Source: a virus. From it: a stretch of DNA of 64,000 bases. Below are positions 22,631 through 32,092 of the stretch, one piece after another. The translations under genes were made by a program, and so were the position numbers. The notes below the pieces were generated by a model. The model did no database searches. It was not told the origin of the DNA and worked only from the letters and a program-made list of their open reading frames with translations. The stretch's first letter is position 1. Each line of letters opens with the position of its first letter. The stretch covers positions 96,001-160,000 of the IMG/VR virus record IMGVR_UViG_3300034101_006340. One strand, given 5' to 3'.

Positions 22631-23647
22631 TTAGGTTAATGGGAAAGCTACTGAGTCTTCAACAATATCCGAAAAAGATACGCCGGTTGGTGCAGTATAT
22701 GTGAAATCGTTGAAGGTTTGATAGCTATAAGTAATTGAGGCATTACCACCGCCGGTATCACCACCGGTATAGTTAACACTAGTAAGCTTATTCTTACTAC
22801 CAAGATCAATTACTGTACCATCACATAGCACAATCTTAATCTGCTTGTTAGCAAGTGCTTTGGGATTTGAACATGCAGCAGCAGCCTGTTCAGCACCTAC
22901 CATATCGCCAGTGTGAGCAACAATTTCAATTTCGCAAGTAACTTCTACGGGGAAGTTCACATAACGATAAAATGGTGTTCTTTGACCAAGATCAAAGATG
23001 CTCTCACGACCAAGGTTCATACTAACAGTAACATTCTGAACCCTCGAACCTGCTGGAAGTCCACCGCTGCCTGCCGATGGTAAAATAGTAGATGAGTTAT
23101 TCCATAAGTTTCTGCGTAGAATACCCTGACCAATCGGTGTGCTAGCAGCTAAGAATGTGCCGCTATTACTTTCCGGACTTGTTGCCCAAAGTTTATCGTT
23201 ACTAACTAGAGTAACTTCTTCTGTAAAATTACCCTCTGTTGGGAAAGTATATGTTACAGAACTTAGGTAGGCCGGTACGCAAGTAACTTGAGCAAGTGGG
23301 GTTCCAACAGCAGTAGTATTTGTGTCGGGGAAAAGATTGAGTCTAACACCACATCTGTGATTAGACAAAGCGCTTAACGTTCCTGTACCCATTGTCATAG
23401 CGTACAATGTTGGGGAACCGTCAAGAACCTTATTTAGAGTCACTTCGACTTCTGGAATTTCTTCGTAGTTATCATAAAGCTCAAGTTGACCAAGCTGATA
23501 AACCGGTTCAAGATTGAAATTAGTTGTCATACCAACACTTTGTAAACCCTGAACAGAGTCCCATGCGGCATTCTGAGTATTTCCAACGCCCGATGGTCCG
23601 TTAATTTGCACATTTTGACAGGCGTAATAGATTCTATTGTTGGCCAT
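22631..23647 (-). CDS. Major tail tube protein (338 aa), internally duplicated
   Basis: Located after the terminator-like gene; beta-rich; two similar halves (VQGLQSVGMTTNFNLEPVYQLGQ / VQNVTVSMNLGRESIFDLGQ; YLSSVTYT / KLTSVNYT); GGAG RBS. Confidence 0.8.
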   Translation of the reverse strand: MANNRIYYACQNVQINGPSGVGNTQNAAWDSVQGLQSVGMTTNFNLEPVYQLGQLELYDNYEEIPEVEVTLNKVLDGSPTLYAMTMGTGTLSALSNHRCGVRLNLFPDTNTTAVGTPLAQVTCVPAYLSSVTYTFPTEGNFTEEVTLVSNDKLWATSPESNSGTFLAASTPIGQGILRRNLWNNSSTILPSAGSGGLPAGSRVQNVTVSMNLGRESIFDLGQRTPFYRYVNFPVEVTCEIEIVAHTGDMVGAEQAAAACSNPKALANKQIKIVLCDGTVIDLGSKNKLTSVNYTGGDTGGGNASITYSYQTFNDFTYTAPTGVSFSDIVEDSVAFPLT

Positions 23648-23674
23648 AATTTTTTCTCCGATTTAGCGGTTAAA

Positions 23675-24631
23675 CTAGATAATAACTTGAGCGGTTAATC
23701 TTAATGTACACCAATATAAATTTTTATTTGCGCTTTCCATATCTAATACACTAATTTCCTTAAAAAAACAATTGTTCCAGTAATACTTGTCAATTAATTC
23801 ACCATAACAAAGTCCACTAATATTAATTGATCCATTATATAATAGTGGAAAAACTCCACTTTGAACAATTTTATTGGTATCATACAACTTAATAGTTTTA
23901 TCTTTTTGTAGTCTAAGAATATCTACTATTCTATTATTATCATTAGGATTTTCAGTAAAAATATGTAATAAGATATCTTGATCGATGGCAAAATCATAAG
24001 CCCCAAGTTGCCAAGGCTGAGAATAACTTCTTGCAATTGGTTCAATAACAATAGCAGGCATTTGTATTCTATGGGATGCCCCAATGTTGTATTCTCCTGA
24101 TGCTTTTTGATTAAGGGCTGGTAGTGGTTGATAAGTTGATGCTTGTAGTTCTTTCCATTGTGGAGTATTGGATCCTTTGTAGACTTGGCACCATTTATAA
24201 GAATAAGATGCTACCACACTAGAAGATGAATTTACAACGCGATCAAAAACTATTTGACCAAGAGGATAATTAATAGTATAGCTATAATTACCGCTACCTG
24301 TTGGCGCAGCATAGAAGGCATTATTAACATAAAGTCCAGAGAATTTTATTGGATTATAACTGTTATAATTTATTCCTGTTTCCCACACCCAGTCTTTTCT
24401 AAAGCTTTGCCATATCTGACCATCTTTATATCCGGGTTGAGTTGTACTTTTGAGTTGACTAAAATTACCACCATATAATCCGGATGTTGGACTGCTAATA
24501 TTTATGAATCCACCAATATTTAAGAACCCCCAATCTAAAAAAGTTTTTAAATTATCTTCTAATTGATTAATTAAATAATTTTGTCCTAAATTTGATACAT
24601 TATTAAATGTGTTAGTGCTTTCGCAACTCAT
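23675..24631 (-). CDS. Probable tail terminator/tail completion protein (318 aa)
   Basis: Position directly before the tube gene; MPAIVIE...QDILLHIFTENPNDNNRIVDIL pattern typical of terminator folds. Confidence 0.55.
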   Translation of the reverse strand: MSCESTNTFNNVSNLGQNYLINQLEDNLKTFLDWGFLNIGGFINISSPTSGLYGGNFSQLKSTTQPGYKDGQIWQSFRKDWVWETGINYNSYNPIKFSGLYVNNAFYAAPTGSGNYSYTINYPLGQIVFDRVVNSSSSVVASYSYKWCQVYKGSNTPQWKELQASTYQPLPALNQKASGEYNIGASHRIQMPAIVIEPIARSYSQPWQLGAYDFAIDQDILLHIFTENPNDNNRIVDILRLQKDKTIKLYDTNKIVQSGVFPLLYNGSINISGLCYGELIDKYYWNNCFFKEISVLDMESANKNLYWCTLRLTAQVII

Positions 24632-25275
24632 ATGTGTTTCTCCAATTCTTTTTCTATGTCATTAAGAAGTATCGGATCTAGCCTGTCTATAGCTCTTGTG
24701 ATCCAGTTATTATTTACTGTGCCAGCAAATTCTGATGGTACTCTCCAATTTTGTTTTTCCGACGATATCATAATAGCATTACCGGTACGAGATCTTGAGT
24801 TGGGTCCAAACTGAACAGCATAATCTCTAATTAAAATTTTTGATCCGTCAAGCAATAGCCATTGTAACCATGGAATTACTGAACCACTAATATCATCGGT
24901 TATTGTAGCTGTTGATAAAGATAAAATATCGGAAAAATCCGATCTAATCATATCAATAGAAAAACCTCCAGTAACGCCTCGTGAGGATATTCTTAATGGT
25001 GTGGATCTAATTACCATACTGCTGGTCCAAGCCGTAAATAATGATTCTATGCGACTAGCGGCATCAGGAACACCAAGCTCAGATCGAAGTTGTCCACTAA
25101 GCAACGAATTGTATTCTGGTTCACCCATTAATACGGCTTTGGTTTTATTGGGAATAATGGTTTGTAAAGCTCTTTGTGCTTTATCAAAAGCTGGTTGTAG
25201 ATAATCTCTTATAGCATCTAATATTTTAGAGCGTATTTGACTATCACTATCTATTAATTGTAAACCTATTCTCAT
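24628..25275 (-). CDS. Probable neck/tail completion protein (HK97 gp10-like position)
   Basis: Synteny between head-closure and terminator genes. Start moved to the ATGA overlap at 25275 (MRIGLQL). Confidence 0.5.
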   Translation of the reverse strand: MRIGLQLIDSDSQIRSKILDAIRDYLQPAFDKAQRALQTIIPNKTKAVLMGEPEYNSLLSGQLRSELGVPDAASRIESLFTAWTSSMVIRSTPLRISSRGVTGGFSIDMIRSDFSDILSLSTATITDDISGSVIPWLQWLLLDGSKILIRDYAVQFGPNSRSRTGNAIMISSEKQNWRVPSEFAGTVNNNWITRAIDRLDPILLNDIEKELEKHI

Positions 25276-25793
25276 ATAATTTTTTCCCACATAGTAATAA
25301 TATATCTATTACTTCCTAAACCACAAATTTCTGGTTCATTAACTCTAGTATATCTACGATCTCCATATGCTGAAGTGGTTGTGTCAAATATAATTTCTCT
25401 AGCATTTTGTAATTTAGGCAATAAGTTTATATTACAGATAGATTGTGCCATATTATTAGGAATATTAACTGTTTTAGAATTCCAGTTAAACCAATATTTA
25501 CTATCAAAAATTAAAGCTAGATAAACTGTTTCGTCTGCGCTCATATCAATAAGACCGTTGCCTCCGCAGATTGGACAAATACTGTGATTTGGAAAAGGGG
25601 CCACACCTGTTCCATTATATAGATTTGCGGATCTGTTTTGCATAGGATCAAACTTGCAATTATTACAAAGCTGTTGTTTTAAAGAATCATAAACTATGGA
25701 GCATGGTACCGCAAGACCGTTTTTACCAATAAGATTATCTATTGCATCATTAAAGATATTTTTAAAATTGTTATTGATTATATTTTCAAACAT
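25272..25793 (-). CDS. Probable head closure/head-tail adaptor (173 aa) with Cys pairs
   Basis: Synteny and size; CNNC and CPICGGNG motifs; C-terminal YTRVNEPEICGLG beta pattern. Confidence 0.5.
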   Translation of the reverse strand: MFENIINNNFKNIFNDAIDNLIGKNGLAVPCSIVYDSLKQQLCNNCKFDPMQNRSANLYNGTGVAPFPNHSICPICGGNGLIDMSADETVYLALIFDSKYWFNWNSKTVNIPNNMAQSICNINLLPKLQNAREIIFDTTTSAYGDRRYTRVNEPEICGLGSNRYIITMWEKII

Positions 25794-25821
25794 AATTTTT
25801 CCTAGTAAAAGTTATATATTT

Positions 25822-25827
25822 ATACAC
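25822..25827 (-). promoter_or_regulatory. GTGTAT-AT-rich motif (GTGTATAAATA, contains T4-late-like TATAAATA) upstream of 25793
   Basis: Intergenic; related motifs at 30860, 49821 and 50422, each oriented toward a gene start. Confidence 0.4.
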
Positions 25828-25828
25828 T

Positions 25829-28207
25829 TTAGCTTTGACGTTGTTGCTTTGTGCCAGTACCAAAGATGTATGGGAATTCTGGAATACTTAATGAGCTATT
25901 AGTGAAGGTTAGAAAATAAGCATACGTTCCACTCGGAAACTCAGGGGTTGTGCAGAATCTGCCATTAAGTTCATCCAAAGTACCGTAACCAGAGACATAA
26001 ACAAAATCTTCTACAAAAGCTCCCTGTAGCAAATCATATTCTATGTCATTAACGCCAATTTTATTAAAATATTTCCAATCTATTGGTCTGTGACTATCTG
26101 TGGTTAAACCAGAATAACTGGATCTCATTAGAATAATAGGACTATTAGAATCAAATAATCCAGAGTGTCCATATGGTCCATAAATAGGATATCCATCTAA
26201 ACAAAAACCAATAATTTTAGAATGACCATTAGGATGCCTAAAATAATTACCACTAAAACTGCTTTGACTATAGTAAGAACTACTATTATATAACAATGGA
26301 GTATTCCAGCAATTCGTTAAAAATAATCCATTTCTATACGAATATAGTCCGTCGCCATCGGGATATCCAGCACAGTCATCTGCATAAAACTTATTTAAAT
26401 GATATGTTACATTATATGTTAAACCAGAAGGAGCAGAAACGAATCCTGGAAGTGCTCCTGTGCCAGCAGATAATGATTTGATAGGTGATCCATTAAAAGC
26501 TATACCATGAATATCACTAGAATTTATTTTCATTGGATTACTAGTATTAGTACCGCCTCTAAAAGTAAACCATAATGACAGATTTTGACTATTAATAGTT
26601 TCTACAATAAAATCTCTAAATGCGCTATTTGTTAATGGTCTTCCCGCAAGAGCAGGATAAGGATCAGCGTTTGTTTTTATATTAATTAACTGTCCGCTAA
26701 ACATTAAAGATGTTAAACTAGAAAAAGTTGAGCCACTATGAGAAACAGTCATTTTGGCAAAGTCTATCCATTGTTTGTCTATGGGCGATCTATTCCAAAA
26801 ATTATTTGCTACACAAAAATATAACCAGTCATTATCATATAACAAAGATCCTGGAGTTCCGGTTGTGGTAGGATTATATATGGTTCCAGAATTAATTGGA
26901 TTGTATAATTTATCTGTAGAAAATGTTATTTTATTAAAGTTTTCGTCATAATTAATAACAACGCCTTCTTTACCAATAATATTTAATCTATCACTCTGAG
27001 ATAAATTTAGTATAACTCTATCATTGCCAAGCGCATCTGTTTCTGAGGAAGCTATTCTAAGAATAGTATCAGGAGGAGACGGGAATGTGATAGTGCTTTG
27101 ATCAATTCTAACATAATTCAATCCTGTCCAAAAAGATGTGCCGTTACCAACTTTTAAACGGTATGTGTCTGTTTCGTATGCAATTTCTCCAATAGCTAAA
27201 ACAGGATTAAAGTTTCTCCATTCACCAGATGTGGCTCTTCTTAGTCTAATTCTTGTATTATTAGTGTCATTAAAACTAAGAGCAGTAACTGGAGCAATAT
27301 TACTTGATAATGTTACTATATTACTCGAAACAGAATAAACTCCTGTTCCTCCTGAATTAATAGCTGCTACTCTAAATTTTAATGGAGTATCTATTGGTAA
27401 ATTATCGATAGTTGCAGATAAGCCTGTAGATTCTGCAACTCTAGACCAATTTGAAACTAAGTCGTACTCTCCGCTAGGATATCCTGACTGAATAATATAC
27501 TTTGTGATTGTAGCATCGCCGTTATCCGTTGGCGTCAACCAAGTAACAGCAACTTGTTTATATGCTGATTCTATTGCTGAGACTGCTGTTGGTTCGTTCG
27601 GTGGTACGGCCTTGTAGTCTAAGTGCAAATATAAAGATGGGACTTCAATGGCTCCACCACCACCAATTCCAGTAGGAACTCCGCTGATTATAATAGTAAT
27701 ATAATTATTTTTTTGCCAATTAGACTTATTAGTATGATAGGCAACAAGTGGGGTAATATTCAAATATGGGATAGTACTAGTGTTAATATTGAAATAAACA
27801 CCACTATGTTTTGGTGTTGCCAAGATAACATCATAATTATTTGATGGAGTAAAACTAGTGGTAGTTGTAGCTCCTATGGGCACATTAGTAAATCTAGGCA
27901 GTTTATCTAATTCTGTTTGTCTAAAATCATAAGTAAAAGTTTGAGAACCAGCATCAATAATTTGTGGTAAGCCACTTAAAAAAGAAAAAGACAATTGGGC
28001 AGAATTGAGGGATCCGGCTTTTAGAGGAATGGGTATATCTAATGCTAATGAATATTGCATTGTAGGAGTAGCAAATCCAGTACCAGATTTGTATCCTATT
28101 ACTCTATATCCATTATCGGTATCTTTAAATGTTTGATTAATATCTGCTGTATGATAATAACCGATTAGAGACTCATGATATCCTGATAATGCAATATTTA
28201 ATATCAT
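25829..28207 (-). CDS. Virion fibre protein: FN3 + Mtd_N-like + degenerate YHYH domain (792 aa)
   Basis: FN3 (PPNEPTAVSA...VTWLTPTDNGDATITKY); Mtd_N-like (RLRRATSGEWRNFNPVLAIGEIAYETDTYRLKVGNG); YHYH-family tail (HSKIIGFCLDGYPIYGPYG...LDELNGRFCTTPEFPSGTYAYFLT). Confidence 0.8.
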   Translation of the reverse strand: MILNIALSGYHESLIGYYHTADINQTFKDTDNGYRVIGYKSGTGFATPTMQYSLALDIPIPLKAGSLNSAQLSFSFLSGLPQIIDAGSQTFTYDFRQTELDKLPRFTNVPIGATTTTSFTPSNNYDVILATPKHSGVYFNINTSTIPYLNITPLVAYHTNKSNWQKNNYITIIISGVPTGIGGGGAIEVPSLYLHLDYKAVPPNEPTAVSAIESAYKQVAVTWLTPTDNGDATITKYIIQSGYPSGEYDLVSNWSRVAESTGLSATIDNLPIDTPLKFRVAAINSGGTGVYSVSSNIVTLSSNIAPVTALSFNDTNNTRIRLRRATSGEWRNFNPVLAIGEIAYETDTYRLKVGNGTSFWTGLNYVRIDQSTITFPSPPDTILRIASSETDALGNDRVILNLSQSDRLNIIGKEGVVINYDENFNKITFSTDKLYNPINSGTIYNPTTTGTPGSLLYDNDWLYFCVANNFWNRSPIDKQWIDFAKMTVSHSGSTFSSLTSLMFSGQLINIKTNADPYPALAGRPLTNSAFRDFIVETINSQNLSLWFTFRGGTNTSNPMKINSSDIHGIAFNGSPIKSLSAGTGALPGFVSAPSGLTYNVTYHLNKFYADDCAGYPDGDGLYSYRNGLFLTNCWNTPLLYNSSSYYSQSSFSGNYFRHPNGHSKIIGFCLDGYPIYGPYGHSGLFDSNSPIILMRSSYSGLTTDSHRPIDWKYFNKIGVNDIEYDLLQGAFVEDFVYVSGYGTLDELNGRFCTTPEFPSGTYAYFLTFTNSSLSIPEFPYIFGTGTKQQRQS

Positions 28208-30777
28208 AGTTTTTTGACCCCTAGCCTAAGACCGCTAGTAATAATTTGACCAGATGTAAATGGCTGTAGTGTTTGTGGATGATCCATCTGATAATATTCA
28301 ATTAATTTATAATTTGTTCGAGTAAGCTCGTGTATAGGTCCAAATTCTATAAATCTTTCTGTTGGGCCAACATATGGGGATATTTCGGGCGTAAAATTCG
28401 ATGTATACCTAACTAAACCAGAAGAGACTCTAAGCTCATCAACATATCCACTACCCCCAAAATATGTAAATGGCATGATTTGTGAGGTACTACTATTAGA
28501 AGGAACATATCTAGAAGATAATTGTCCAAAGTGCATACTATAAATATCGCTGTAATAGTATTCATCTCCTGGAGTAATCTGTAACAGTCTAGGGCCACTT
28601 AAAGAACTACCGCTAACAGAACCAGGACAAGAACCATATGTTAGACCAAAAAAAGAAGCTGTTGATATATTACGAGCATAATATCCTGTGCCAGAAACAC
28701 CATTTAAAAATACAGTAAAATAGCCAGTTGGTGGACTGCTATTAATAATTTGTCTGGTAACAGCTACATGGTGCCATTGACCAGTAGTAATGGCAGACGG
28801 TAAGATTAAATCCATAGATGCTGGAGTCGAACAAGGAGTAAACGTGGAGAAAAGCTGATCTCCAACGGCAAACCAACTTTCTATACTAAGAAACCCAGTA
28901 TTTATACTAATCCTATAACCCATATTAGAAATACTAGGGTCCACAACTTCGTCTCCATTAAGAGCAAACGATGGTAAGTCACTACGATACTTGCGATCAA
29001 ATAAAACTATTTTTTCATTGTTGTTATTAAATTTAATCCAGGCTTCGATAGTAAATTTAGTATCACGAATATCGTATAAACTATTTTGAGTCACCAATAA
29101 ACTATCGGACCCAGCAAAAGATAACGATCCATCAAATTTACCGCTGGGAATTAAAGATATACTACCTAGAGACGATAACGAATGAGCATATTTACTATAA
29201 TCAATAGTAGGTTCTGTCTCGTTCCCATGTATTAAGAAGACCGTATTATTCCCACTAGGATCCGGTAAGCCTGTTTTACTAACCACATTTCGAAAGCTAG
29301 TGTCTAAAAATTCTTTGCGAGCATAATTATATATTTTCATACCTCCAATACCATCATTATATGAATATCTCCAAGTAGAATTATTATCTTTGTTTTCAAA
29401 AGGAGTATAGTAGCTATTACTATAGACAATAGCTGTGATTTTGTTTGGATCAGCAGTATAAATATAGCTGTTATCTTTATCAAAAGAAGCTAATAACGCT
29501 TTATTAGAAACATTAGAAGACTTGGACCATTGAAGAGGTCCGTCTATGATGTTCTCTTGATCACTAAAAATAGTATTGTTAGTAGATCCTAAACCAGGAG
29601 CAAGAGGTAAAACTTTGCTATCTTTACCCAAAAAATATTTTGGATTATTACCCGTATTATCAACCAAAGTAACATCATCTATTAGTGTTAATGATCCTCT
29701 CATATAGTAGAATGAATTATTAAAATTAACAGTTCCATAGTATTCTTGATTGCCAGTACAAGAGGATAAGGCTGTAGAATTATACGTTCTATTAAAAATT
29801 CTTATATTATCATAATAAAAACCGCTTATATCTATATGAATATCCCATAGTTCTCTATCGGATTCTTCTGTGTTAATAACCAGAGAATCAGCCCCTTCAA
29901 CCTTGAGTCTGATTCCGCCGCCGGTATGATCAATTTCGAATTCAAAATGTGTCCATCTGGAAAGAACATTGCTGTTATATGGTCCCATTCTTGTATCAGC
30001 TATTGTTAAAATTTTATGAGGATGATCTGTTGGAATTAATCTGGGGCCATTCTCAACAAAACCGCCACCGCAATATATGGGTGTGATTCTGTATTGATTT
30101 AGAGTGTCTCCCAAATTTAAGTCAAAAATTCCACTGATGCCAGTATTTTGTTGTACCTCTAATCCTATGGTAATTTTTTTACCAGTATAATTTTGTTCGG
30201 AATCACCAACCTGTCTCAGATTTAATAATGTATCACCAGTAACACTGACTAAATTTAATAAAAGACCGGTATTATTTCCACTACAAAAAGCCAGAAAGGG
30301 ATGCTTAGAGCCAAAACGGCCCTCTATCAAAGTGTCGCTAGTATGATAGTCTGTATCCTTTGTTTCTATGCCCAAACACCTAATGCCAAAATATGATTTT
30401 GTGCCACTAATCGATTGGAAACCACTTAATGCAATATAGCTTAGTGGTGTTAGATTAAATGCAGATTGATTAATAGGAATATTGGTTATTGCTAAAAATC
30501 CTGGCGACCTACCATATCCAGGATAATCGTTACCAATACCGCCATACACAGTACTGTATGCTAGACTAGTATAATTATTTATTGGTAGAATACCATTATT
30601 TGGACTATAATTAACAAAATCATAGACATAGCTGCCTGCTAGAGCAGAAGTGTGGTTGTACGTATATGCGCCAAAAGCATACTGAGGATAATTTTTAAGC
30701 TGTAATTTCCAGTAGTTAGCGTCGAGTCTTTTAAGCAAAGTTCCTCGGTCAAAACCATCAAAAAATAGTGTGGACAT
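28204..30777 (-). CDS. Virion protein with concanavalin/LamG-like domain (857 aa)
   Basis: KFDGSLSF...FTIEAWIKF...GQWHHVAVTR...FLNG...GYVDELRVS...RYTSNFTP; strong AAGGAGG RBS. Confidence 0.8.
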   Translation of the reverse strand: MSTLFFDGFDRGTLLKRLDANYWKLQLKNYPQYAFGAYTYNHTSALAGSYVYDFVNYSPNNGILPINNYTSLAYSTVYGGIGNDYPGYGRSPGFLAITNIPINQSAFNLTPLSYIALSGFQSISGTKSYFGIRCLGIETKDTDYHTSDTLIEGRFGSKHPFLAFCSGNNTGLLLNLVSVTGDTLLNLRQVGDSEQNYTGKKITIGLEVQQNTGISGIFDLNLGDTLNQYRITPIYCGGGFVENGPRLIPTDHPHKILTIADTRMGPYNSNVLSRWTHFEFEIDHTGGGIRLKVEGADSLVINTEESDRELWDIHIDISGFYYDNIRIFNRTYNSTALSSCTGNQEYYGTVNFNNSFYYMRGSLTLIDDVTLVDNTGNNPKYFLGKDSKVLPLAPGLGSTNNTIFSDQENIIDGPLQWSKSSNVSNKALLASFDKDNSYIYTADPNKITAIVYSNSYYTPFENKDNNSTWRYSYNDGIGGMKIYNYARKEFLDTSFRNVVSKTGLPDPSGNNTVFLIHGNETEPTIDYSKYAHSLSSLGSISLIPSGKFDGSLSFAGSDSLLVTQNSLYDIRDTKFTIEAWIKFNNNNEKIVLFDRKYRSDLPSFALNGDEVVDPSISNMGYRISINTGFLSIESWFAVGDQLFSTFTPCSTPASMDLILPSAITTGQWHHVAVTRQIINSSPPTGYFTVFLNGVSGTGYYARNISTASFFGLTYGSCPGSVSGSSLSGPRLLQITPGDEYYYSDIYSMHFGQLSSRYVPSNSSTSQIMPFTYFGGSGYVDELRVSSGLVRYTSNFTPEISPYVGPTERFIEFGPIHELTRTNYKLIEYYQMDHPQTLQPFTSGQIITSGLRLGVKKL

Positions 30778-30859
30778 ACCACCTCCTTAGTCGAAGCATA
30801 TCATAATACATGATTATACCCCTTGTTATAGTAAACTAACTGATTTTTTAGTTATTTAG

Positions 30860-30865
30860 GTGTAT
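30860..30865 (+). promoter_or_regulatory. GTGTAT motif (GTGTATCGTTATAG) upstream of the plus-strand FN3 gene
   Basis: Lies in the 136-nt divergent intergenic gap, oriented toward 30914. Confidence 0.35.
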
Positions 30866-30913
30866 CGTTATAGATAAGATCTTATTTTTTATCACTAATG
30901 AGGCTTATAATTA

Positions 30914-32092
30914 ATGGCCACTAAAAAATTTCTATTAACTTGGAGTGCTCCTGTAGCCGGAGGCACAGTAAGTGGATATAGGGCTGAATATTCATTAGCT
31001 GGACAAAACAACTGGACATTATATAATGATGTTTTTAATACAACTTCTGGTTTTGTTACCGGACTATCTGGTTGTACTTTTTATGATTTTAGAGTATCTG
31101 CGTTTAATGGACTAGGAACTGGAAATTCAAGCAATACAGGAACGAGCATACAAGGAAATCTGCCATTTGCTCCCACTAATCTTAGTGGAAGTCCAACAGA
31201 CACAACAATCGCTTTATCTTGGACAATGCCAAATAATGGTGGATGTCCAATAAGTGGATCGTTCATAGAATATAAAACAACTGGTAATGCAGAGTACACT
31301 ATTTCAACATTAAGTAGTACCGGAACCAGCTATACTATTACTGGATTAGTTCAAAATACAGGATACAATATAAGAGTAAGATCAGCAAGTGTGGTGGGTA
31401 CTGGATCGTATTCATCTGGTATTATTCTTAACACTCAGATAACAGAATCTGTTCCTGGAGAAGTTGGTTCTTTACAAGTTCAATATATCGAAATGCTAGA
31501 TGCTCCAACTGGATTAAGCATATCAGTCAATTCGACTACTGGCAATCTAACATGGATTGCTTTGGACACAACAAATCAAATTCCGCTGTCTGGTTACTAT
31601 GTTAGATATAAAAATATTTCGGGGACAAACTGGACAACATCCTCTTTGTTCACAACAAACTCTGGCACTATAGGGTCGTTAACAGGAACAGATTGCTATT
31701 CATATGAGTTTGGTATTGCTAGTTTAAATATTAGTGGTACAGTAGGAAGTTATGGCAACAGCATTACTGGTAATTTTGGTACTCCTGGATCGCCAACAAA
31801 TTTTGGCGTTAATCCTGCTATGAATGGCACATATCAATTGGCGTGGACAGATCCAAGCCCTAGTCCAACAGGATATAATATCTATATGACAGGAATCAAA
31901 ATCAATAATACTCCACTTAATCCTAATTCAGGCTCGTTTAATTATAATGGATATGTTAGTTACAATGAAGAGATGCAATTCTGGACATTCCATACTCCAG
32001 TGGAGAGTGGAACAATGACACTAAGTGCTGTAAATGCTTGTGGAGAAGGATCTCAATCAAACGGCGTTATTGTACCAGCATCGCCTTATTAA
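30914..32092 (+). CDS. Tandem fibronectin type III repeat protein (392 aa, ~4 FN3)
   Basis: Four P-x-x-P...W...Y...Y units (LTWSAP, LSWTMP, LTWIA, LAWTDP). Confidence 0.8.
   Translation: MATKKFLLTWSAPVAGGTVSGYRAEYSLAGQNNWTLYNDVFNTTSGFVTGLSGCTFYDFRVSAFNGLGTGNSSNTGTSIQGNLPFAPTNLSGSPTDTTIALSWTMPNNGGCPISGSFIEYKTTGNAEYTISTLSSTGTSYTITGLVQNTGYNIRVRSASVVGTGSYSSGIILNTQITESVPGEVGSLQVQYIEMLDAPTGLSISVNSTTGNLTWIALDTTNQIPLSGYYVRYKNISGTNWTTSSLFTTNSGTIGSLTGTDCYSYEFGIASLNISGTVGSYGNSITGNFGTPGSPTNFGVNPAMNGTYQLAWTDPSPSPTGYNIYMTGIKINNTPLNPNSGSFNYNGYVSYNEEMQFWTFHTPVESGTMTLSAVNACGEGSQSNGVIVPASPY

Noticed and set aside
22631-25793. Contractile tail (sheath gene)
   Set aside because: No sheath-sized gene lies between the terminator and tube genes; a sheath elsewhere in the genome cannot be excluded.
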